Positions 38,716 to 47,095 of a DNA stretch of 47,095 bases are shown piece after piece; the stretch's first letter is position 1, and each line of letters begins with the position of its first letter. The notes beneath the pieces are model-generated. The model was not told the origin of the DNA. It searched no databases and saw only the letters and a list, made by a program, of their open reading frames with translations. This DNA is from Octopus bimaculoides (Eukaryota), in contig NC_069006.1 of NCBI RefSeq assembly GCF_001194135.2, positions 49,390-96,484 on the forward strand, read 5' to 3'. The translations under genes and the position numbers were made by a program.

Positions 38716-39892
38716 CATGTATGCATGTTTGTATGCATGTGTCTGTGTTTGTCACCTACCATCGCTTGACAACCGATGTTGGTGTGTTTACGTCCCTGTA
38801 GCTTAGTGGTTCAGCAAAAGGGACTAATAGAATAAGTACTAGGCTTACAAGGAATAAGTCCTGGGGTCGATCTGTTCAACTAAAGGTGGTGCTCCAGCAT
38901 GGCCACAGTCTAATGACTGGAACAAATAAAAGAATAAAAAAGAATATGTATGTAAATGTATGTGTATATATGTCTGTGTGTGTAAATATAAATATACACA
39001 TGTGTGCTTATATGTATGTATGTATGTATGTATGTGTGTATATATATATATATATATATGTATGTATATGTATTTTTATATACGAGTGTATGTGTATGTA
39101 TATACACATATTTTTCTATAAATACACACATACACACATACAAGTGGCTTCCACATACTCAGAAGTCTGTTGGTTGATTGTGTGGCTATATTAGAAGATA
39201 TTTATCCAAGGTGTCACACAGTGGGAACACACACAATCTAAGATCAAAGGAGTGGGTTCCAAATGTGACCATCTCATTTTTTGTATATCAGACCACATTG
39301 TCCCTTCTGGTGTATACTTTAAACAATTCAGTGAGATTTGAGAGAGATGTGGCTGTTACTTCTAGCCAGCCATCCAATGTACAGGCTCCCTGGTTAAGCA
39401 ATTTTTAAGCTTTTGTTGAATCCATAAAAACAGTAAAAGTCACAATAATATCTTGGGTACATTACAGGGTACAATTGGAATTGAACTCATGCAACAAGTA
39501 CCTGAGCTGGAAGCAGTTATAGTTCCTGTTGGAGGTGGTGGTCTCGCTGCGGGGATATCGCTTGCCACAAAGTTAGTGAGTCCAAAGACTAAAGGTAAGA
39601 TCTTTACGTTGTCTGACTTATTATTAGGCGTTGTTCTTCGAGTCAAAGAGTCAGCATGGTACAGGAGGACTAAAGTACTGGTTTAGTGATCCCTGTGATG
39701 GTAGCGATAATTTTGGTTATGGTACCTGAACAAGATACGAGGAAATGAGAAGTTGAAACCAACTCTGAGTGGAACACAATCATCATCATCATCACCACCA
39801 CCAATTGTTGGTTTATGAATATTTACCTGAAGATTGTTCGTGTAAAACGTGAAATGACTTGTAAAAATACACCAAATATGTGAAAATCTGTT

Positions 39893-39938
<46 letters not shown>

Positions 39939-42900
39939 CATAAATATACAGGGATTAGCATGAGTTGCTTCTCCAACATACTGAAAATTTAGAAATAGCA
40001 GTCAAAGAGCTACTGATTCTAAACTACAAATTTTTTCTCTAACGGATGGCGATATTTATGGCACACACAAAACAAAAACAGAAGAGAAAAGCAAAAACAA
40101 ACCTGCCTTTAGTTAATTGAGTACGACGTTTCACGGTTAAGAGTATGAAGGTACTCTATTCCGATCTTCAGCCCAATATTCGAATAAATTTGAAAGTGTC
40201 TATATAACTCATGGGAATTTTGACCATGCGACATCAAAAACACATGAGGAAGGCACTTACAAAACTTATCGTCTAGTACGTTCAAATACTTCACTCCAAA
40301 GAATCTATTCCATGTGCGCCACAAATAGTCCCGCATAAAAAGTCCCGTATAAAAGGGTTACAGTTTAACCATTCAATTAGAGGCATCAATATAAATATAC
40401 AGATATAGGGCAGGGAATCGTCAATTAGTAATAAAATTAATAATTAACAATTTTGCCAAGTAGTTCAGTATGAAAAAACCTTTATCGGTAAAACCATTTA
40501 TAATCATAAATATACAGGGATTAGCATGAGTTGCTTCCCCAACATACTGAAAATTTAGAAATAGCAGTCAAAGAGCTACTGATTCTAAACTACAAATTTT
40601 TTCTCTAACATGTACATATATGTATGTATTTCTAATGGTCTTCTCGCTATTTCCAGTATATATGGTGGAACCACTTGGCAAAGAATTGGGAAAGAGCATG
40701 AAAGCAGGTAAGCTGTAGTTACTCTATATTTGTAGCAGTAGTAAATGCAGCAGCAGTAGCAGCAGTTGTAGTAGTAGTAGCAGTAGTAGTTGTAGTGGTA
40801 GCAGAAGTAGCAGCAGCAGTAGTAGTAGCAGTAGTTGTAGTAGTAATAGTAGTAGTTGTAGTAGTAGTGCTAGAAGTAGTAGTAGTAGTAGCAGTAGTAG
40901 TAATAGTAGTAGTACTAGTTGTAGTAGTAGCAGCAGCAGCTGTAGTAGTAGTAGTAGTAGTGCCAAAATTTGAAGCAGTTATGAAGGAGGTGAGGTGGTG
41001 GGAGGGGAATTGTTGATGCCTCACACAAAATGTTTATCAGAATTTCTTCTGGCTTTATGGTTAGAGTTCAATTCCAGGTGAGGTCAGCTTTGCTTTTCAT
41101 CCTTTCGAGGCTAATGTAATAAAGTACCAGTCAAACCCTGGTGTTGATATAATTAATNNNNNNNNNNNNNNNNNNNNNNNNNNNNNNNNNNNNNNNNNNN
41201 NNNNNNNNNNNNNNNNNNNNNNNNNNNNNNNNNNNNNNNNNNCACCCACCCCACCCTGTCAAAATTGCTAGCCCTGTACCTAAATCAGAAACCATTATTA
41301 TAATTATTATTATTATTATTGTTGTTATTATGAAATGGAAGGTGGTGACCAGGCAGAATCGTCAAGCATGCTGGGCAAAATATTTATCAGCGTTTCATCT
41401 GCCTTTATGTCCTGAGTTCAAATTCCACTGAGGTCAAGTTTGCCTTTCATCTTTTGAAATTGATGAAGTAAGTACCAGTGGAATACTGGTGCTCAATGTA
41501 ATCAACTTGCTCCCCTCCTCTAAAAGTTTTAGGCCTTGCACCTATAGTAGAAAAGATTATTATTATTAACATTAGCTCGCAGAATCATTAGCACACTGAA
41601 CAAAATGTTGTTCAGGGTTGAAATTCGTCTGAGATTGCCGTTGCTGTTCATCCTTTCAAGGATGAAAAAACAAGTACCAGTCGATAGAATTAACCCTTAA
41701 AATTTCAGGCCTTGTGCCAATTGTAGAAAGGCGTATAAATAAGTCATGGGGTCGATTCAAGGCAGTGCTCCAGCATGGCTACAGACTAATGACTGAAACA
41801 AGTAAGAGATAAAAAATAAAAAAATAAAAAAAAAATAAATATATCAATACATTGGACACTCCAAGCTGAAGTATTGAGTACTTCATTTTTAAATACACTT
41901 CTTCCCATAAACACATCACAACAGTAGCTTCTTACTTTTGTGTGTCATTGTCTTATTATTCTTTTCTTTTCTGCTGAAAGGGCGCCGAATGTGGGAAGGA
42001 CCCCCAGCTCGAGTGAACACCATAGCTGATAGTATAGCCAGGCAGCAACTTGGTGAAATCACATGGCCTATAGTGCTGAAGTATGCTGAGAACGATGTCC
42101 TGAGTGTAGTAAGTATGTTGTCAGTCCTCAAAAAAAAGCATACAGCTTACCAAGTGGAGTCTATGTGAGTCAAGATGTACTGGAGTCAAACCAGGCCAGG
42201 GAATTTCCTGGACGCCACAGAATGTTTGTATATTTTAAAGATTATGGAGGTATGTGACCAAGTGATTAGAGTGTTGCATTCACGATCACAAGATTGTGGT
42301 TTCAATTTCTAGACCAGGCGATGCATTGTATTCTTGAGCAAAACACTTCATTTCGTGTGGCTCCAGTTCACTTAGGTAGCAAAAAGGAGTAATCTTGCGA
42401 CAGACCAGTGTCCTGTCCAGGTGGGGAATATATATATGCCGAGGAAACCGGGAAACTAGCTTTATGAGCTTATGGGTTAGGAAGGACTTGTGGAAGTATG
42501 TAGCATAGTGGTTAAGATGTTGGACTCATGATCGTAAGATTGTGGTTTCAATTCCAGGACTGGGTGATGTGTTGTGTTCTTGAGCAAAACACTTCATTTC
42601 ACGTTGCTCGAGTCCACTCAGCTGGCAAATTTGAGTAATCCTGTAATGGGCTGGCGTCCTATCCAGGAGGGACTATATACACCACAGAACCTGGAGAACT
42701 GGTTTTATGAGCCTGATATGGCTGAGGAAGGACCTTTTTCCTTTTGATATTGAAGATTTGCAATCACAAAAAGGAAGGAAGAAATTTTGTGGTCCCTAAT
42801 AAAAAGATTCCTATCAGAAAAACCCGACATTCAATACATGTGGATTTTACCAGCAACCCACACATGTAGAATCCTACATATAGGAATCCACATGTGCCAA

Positions 42901-43489
42901 GAATCATACATATAGCTGTCTGCTGGAGTTCCACACATGTAGCAACTTTATATACATGCAAGTATATATACGCATACATACATACATTCATACACATTGG
43001 TGGTCGTCCATTTGTGACCAAGGAAGACCATTAGTGACCATTGCCCATGCAACATGTCAGCAATGTCTGTGATTGAGGTTATTGCATGTGCAGTTGGCTG
43101 CTTCACCATGGTTCACATACACACAGAGCTTCCATGTGGTGTTCTCCTGCTGAACCAGGCATTGGAAAGTCACGTTATTGATAAGACAGACAGAGCAAGG
43201 TATCTGATGCCAATATGGGTCACAGACTCAGGAATGTGGGAGCACCATGAAGTGCCAGCAAAAGATCCCCTAAATTTTCTATGCCATTCCCTTCATATCT
43301 GGTTTTATATCAGAGTGACCTTCTAGAGACAAGCTTTAACAAAACTAAAGGATGCCTCACTCCCAGCAGTCTTCTAGCATGCAGGACATTAACCCAGAAT
43401 TTTTTAGGACCTATGCTACATACAAGCATATGTACATGCATGCATACATACATACAAGCACATATATATGTGTGTGTATGTCTTATATA

Positions 43490-43520
<31 letters not shown>

Positions 43521-43608
43521 GCACCAGTGTAACAAATATTTATTAATCTGTGTGTTTATAAATATATACAAATACACATACACACATGCATATATACACA
43601 AGCCAGTG

Positions 43609-43647
<39 letters not shown>

Positions 43648-45935
43648 GTGTGGCTGTGCGGTAAGTAGCTTGCTTAACAACTACATGGTTCCGGGTTCAG
43701 TCCCACTGCGTGGCACCTTGAGCAAGTGCCTTCTACTATAGCCTCGGGCCGACCAAAGCCTTGTGAGTGGATTTGGTAGACGGAAACTGAAAGAAGCCTG
43801 TCGTATATATGTATATATATATGTATGTGTGTCTGCTTGTCCCCCCAACATCGCTTGACAACCGATGAGGATGTGTTTACGTCCCCGTCACTTAGCGATT
43901 CAGCAAAAGAGATCGATAGAATAAGTACTAGGCTTCCAAAGAATAAGTCCTGGGGTCGATTTTCTCAACTAAAGGCAGTGCTCCAGCATGGCCACAGTCA
44001 AATGACTGAAACAAGTAAAAGAGTAAAAGAGTATATATATATAAACATATATATGTATATATCAGTATTTCCAGATACCTGCAAACTCACACACTATCCA
44101 TATGCGTACATGCAGCTAAATACAATAATTTAGTAAATATTTCTCTGTTTTCAGACAGATCAAGAAATCATTGAAGGAATGAAGTTTGCTTTTCAAACTA
44201 TGAAGGTAAGCTCTGTGTGTGTGTGTGTGTGTCTGTGTGTAGATGCATGTTGTCATTTAACCTTTAAAACTGCCCCTGATCCAGTCATGCCCATCTCCTC
44301 TCATTTTCTATCACAGAGTGTCTTGTCTCAGATTACTCTGTGTTAGCTACTATTTTTAGCAGGCTTATGACCAAAACAATCCAGATATGACCATTCTGTC
44401 CTTTATTTACTTATAATTTATCTTGAAGTATTTTTTCTAATATCTCTGCTCTTTGTTTAAGGGAGAAGGATGTGACACGAAGGATCTGCTATTTCTAGCA
44501 GATTAGATACTCAAACTGAAGCTCCCGCATTGACTTTTCTTTTTGTTGTTGATTATTATTGTTTTTGTTTTCCACCTTTAGATTACCCACCCCTTCTTCA
44601 TCAATCATACAGGTGAGCAAGAGCACCTACCTTGCTCTGGAGATGAAATACAATGACACAAGCATGGCTCAGTGGTTAAGTTTGTTTCACAAGATAAATA
44701 CCTGTGGCCATATGTGATGCTTGAGAAGACCCATCAAGCCAAGTGAAATTGTAATCATGGTCAATGCCAGTCTTGCATAACTGGCACACAAAAGCACCCT
44801 TACAGAGGCAGTGACAAATGTCCAAGACCCTTGGCAATGTGCTGTGCTTGAAAAGGCTTGTCAAGCCAAGTGAGATCACAGTTGTGGCTGAGGCCAGTGT
44901 TTCAGAACTGTTACCTGTGCAGGTGGTGTGCAAAAGGCACACTATACTCTTGTAGAAACCATGCCAAATCAGACTGCTCATGAAATTAATGTGGATGTGG
45001 CTGAGCACTCCACAGATACATGTACCCTTAACATAATTCCCAGGGAGATTCAGCAGGACACAGAGTGTGACAAGGCTGGCCCTTTCAAATTCTGGTACTA
45101 ATCATTTTTGCCAGCTGAGTGGACTGGAGCAATATTAAATAAAGAATCTTGCTCAAGGACACAACATGCAACCATGTATTGAACTCACAGTCTTACAACC
45201 ATGAGTCAGATACCCTAACCACTGAGCCATGTGCCTTCACATATCTATACCTACATACATATGCACAAACTTTCTTAATATTTCATATTCATTCCTTTCT
45301 TTATTGTTAATGAAGTTGTTATAATATATATATTGACCCCTTTATCCTTTTACTTTGGCCTTCATTATGTGGAGGAGCATGGCTTAGTGGTTAGGCTATT
45401 GGACACATAATCATAAGATTGTGGTTTCAATTCCTGGACTGGGCAACGTATTGCGTTCTTGAGCAAAACACTTCATTTCACGTTGCTCCAGTCCACTCAG
45501 CTGCCAAAAGTGAGTAACCCTGTGATGGACTTGTGTCCCATCCAGATGGAATTATATAGGCAATGGAAACCGGGAAACTGATCATATGAATCTATATGAC
45601 TCAGGATTTTTAGTAATGTATGATTCCCTCTTTCCAGCTTGTAAAATATAGTTTATGCTTCAATCCAGTCCATAAGGCCAAATGAGTTTGACACACCCAG
45701 CTAGACATGGTTGCTCAAATACTAAAGTTAGCAGCTAAGCCTTACAATTGTTATTCTATTGTTATAGGTGGTCATCGAGTCTGCTTCAGCAACTGGTCTC
45801 ACTGCTCTCCTACAACACAAGTTTCAACATCTACATACTTCAGCACAAAACGTTGGAGTGATTCTTTGTGGTGGCAATGTAGATTTGGATCAGTTACCAT
45901 GGCAAACGAACCTGTCTTCAAATAAGGAAACCTGA
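30203..45935 (+). CDS. SRR: Serine racemase-like / serine-threonine dehydratase family PLP enzyme (fold type II), spliced gene, 332 aa
   Basis: join(30203..30382,34818..34859,35968..36134,38153..38237,39468..39594,40657..40707,41981..42108,44155..44205,45768..45935) = 999 nt, one open frame; GT-AG introns with matching phases. PLP lysine motif [34 protein letters not shown] phosphate loop, TIAD, CGGNVD. The symbol reflects homology; the activity is not established. Confidence 0.9.
33323..33750 (+). mobile_element. Penelope-like retroelement remnant (GIY-YIG endonuclease)
   Basis: [14 protein letters not shown]...[21 protein letters not shown]...C..C / [10 protein letters not shown]...[17 protein letters not shown]...SSILYQHA / [16 protein letters not shown], with stops and frameshifts. 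Confidence 0.85.
34818..34859 (+). CDS. SRR: SRR-like coding exon 2 (42 nt)
   Basis: acceptor ttttgtag|ATT; [14 protein letters not shown], matching human LERKPKAV; donor GTG|gtctgt; fills the missing segment in phase 0/0. Confidence 0.85.
35968..36134 (+). CDS. SRR: SRR-like coding exon 3
   Basis: acceptor catccag|GTA; [28 protein letters not shown]...[15 protein letters not shown]; donor AG|gtataa. Confidence 0.95.
36744..36900 (+). mobile_element. Mariner transposase C-terminal fragment nested in a SINE
   Basis: [14 protein letters not shown] (YSPDLAP motif), then HLAGNQY...[24 protein letters not shown]. Confidence 0.8.
38153..38237 (+). CDS. SRR: SRR-like coding exon 4
   Basis: acceptor ttacag|A; (R)[28 protein letters not shown]; donor CAG|gtgaga. 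Confidence 0.93.
38507..38940 (+). mobile_element. SINE family A copy
   Basis: Colinear with 43647-44031. Confidence 0.85.
39468..39594 (+). CDS. SRR: SRR-like coding exon 5
   Basis: acceptor ttacag|GGT; [42 protein letters not shown]; donor G|gtaaga. Confidence 0.95.
40116..40177 (-). ncRNA. Minimal type-I hammerhead ribozyme-like motif with canonical core
   Basis: AUUGGG-CUGAAGA-UCGG(AAU AGAGUA CCUUCA UACUCU UAA)CCGU-GAAA-CGUCG-UA/CUCAAU. Confidence 0.7.
40657..40707 (+). CDS. SRR: SRR-like coding exon 6
   Basis: acceptor tttccag|TA; (V)[16 protein letters not shown]; donor G|gtaagc. Confidence 0.9.
40735..40965. repeat. (GTA)n/(GCA)n trinucleotide tract in SRR intron 6 (also (GTA)n at 30649-30697)
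   Basis: Direct inspection. Confidence 0.95.
41981..42108 (+). CDS. SRR: SRR-like coding exon 7
   Basis: acceptor gaaag|GG; (G)[42 protein letters not shown]; donor GTA|gtaagt. Confidence 0.92.
42246..42735 (+). mobile_element. Two head-to-tail copies of tRNA-derived SINE family E (third copy 45371-45606)
   Basis: Repeated AAGATTGTGGTTTCAATT...TCTTGAGCAAAACACTTCATTTC...GGAAAC(C/T)GG...TATGAGC with A/B-box-like heads. Confidence 0.75.
43647..44031 (+). mobile_element. tRNA-derived SINE family A with internal (TA)n/(TG)n, representative full copy
   Basis: Head TGGCTGTGCGG...GGGTTCAGTCCC; body TTGTGAGTGGATTTGGTAGACGGAAACTGAAAGAAG; tail CCAGCATGGCCACAGTCAAATGACTGAAACAAGTAAAAGAG. Confidence 0.85.
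44155..44205 (+). CDS. SRR: SRR-like coding exon 8
   Basis: acceptor ttttcag|ACA; [17 protein letters not shown]; donor AAG|gtaagc. Confidence 0.93.
45768..45935 (+). CDS. SRR: SRR-like terminal coding exon 9
   Basis: acceptor ttatag|GTG; [16 protein letters not shown]...[29 protein letters not shown]. Confidence 0.94.
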   Translation: MVIESASATGLTALLQHKFQHLHTSAQNVGVILCGGNVDLDQLPWQTNLSSNKET

Positions 45936-47095
45936 GAGGTAGGTAAATATTTATAACAGGGATAAATTTTCTCTGTGTAACAGTATATGAATTTCAGGAA
46001 AACTTTATATATCTTTTATCTTTTACTTGTTTCAGTCATTTAACGATTGGACAGAATAATTGAAGCTTACCTTTGACTTATTCTATCCAAAAGGGATTTT
46101 TTTTTAACCCAATATTTATAGCTTTGTATGTGTTTTGAGATCTAGTTCCCCTGCAAAAAAAGGAAAAACACCTAAACAGATTATATACATGTACACATTG
46201 GTACACACACTTTAGCCAGATTAGTGTTGTCTCCCTCACCACTAACCTTTCTTCCTGGTCAATTCAACATGTGAAACCATTAATCCAGACATGTTTTTTT
46301 TTCTCCTCTCTCTATATTTTCCTTCTTTGATTTTTTGTGTAGAAAATTGCAAACATGAAACATGAAAGACTCTTCCATTTTACCTGAGCATAAAACTCAT
46401 ACACTTTGTGGTTCCCTCACCAATCTCTGCTTTCTGTTTTTGCTCAATTTTGAACCACACACATATATATATATATATGGAATTTCTATGCTGATAGAAC
46501 CCACGACAAAGCTCTCGAAGACATGAACAATAGCTAAATCATCTCTATTTTTATATATTATCCCTTCTGATGCGCTCCCCTTCCACCACCCCCACTCTGT
46601 TTTTCTAACTATACATTTCTGTCTTAAATTCATGATTATCTATGTATATCACTTGATTTATCGTCCTCGTCTCTACTTTCTTGAAGTTTTGCTACTTAGC
46701 CCAAACCTGACTGAAATTCGTCTCTCCCCGCCTTTAAAAATTACGATTTTAACTCATTTCTGTTACCGATTCAAACATTTAATCTCATGGTTAAACACTG
46801 CTGTGTTTCTTTCAACTTTTTTCTAAAAACCCAACGAATTTGAAACCAGCATGATGTCCTGCAGCCTGTCCTCTGTCTCTCTCTCTCTCTATCTATCTAT
46901 TCTATCTCTATCCCTCTCTCTCTACATCACTACTCTTCCCCCACTTCCTCCTCTCTGACTCGCACGCGACCCTAAACATATAACCAGTTCACTTCCAACT
47001 TCATGCCAAATCGTTTTGGAATTTCTATGCTAATAGAACCCATGACAAAGCTCCCTTAGCCCGCGGTATACTGATAGAACCCACGACAAAGCTCC

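Noticed and set aside
43040-43385. Non-repetitive intronic stretch that might be a LINE remnant or extra exon
   Set aside because: No convincing motif in any frame, and the SRR frame is complete without it.

Overview
Eukaryotic (not prokaryotic) genomic DNA: AT-rich, dense in microsatellites and SINEs, with about 11 N-gaps. The repeat families resemble those of octopus (inference; not database-checked). Two divergently transcribed spliced genes were reconstructed by hand, with GT-AG boundaries and matching intron phases. (1) FBXO42 (F-box + Kelch), minus strand, 8 coding exons, 19530->3664, 728 aa. (2) A serine racemase / Ser-Thr dehydratase-family fold-type II PLP enzyme, plus strand, 9 coding exons, 30203->45935, 332 aa. 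The rest is tRNA-derived SINEs, RTE, L1/Tx1-like and Penelope retroelement remnants, mariner remnants and fold-back MITEs. Two signals stand out. (a) Three minimal type-I hammerhead-ribozyme-like motifs (26034-26081 -, 26383-26430 +, 40116-40177 -), plus a fold-back derivative whose junction maps next to the predicted cleavage site. (b) A racemase-like protein with several non-canonical active-site residues: Thr at the Ser84 re-face base, APF at the 152-154 loop, Cys at Ser313, and a reshaped metal loop. Most ORFs in the supplied track are artefacts of microsatellites or N-runs.
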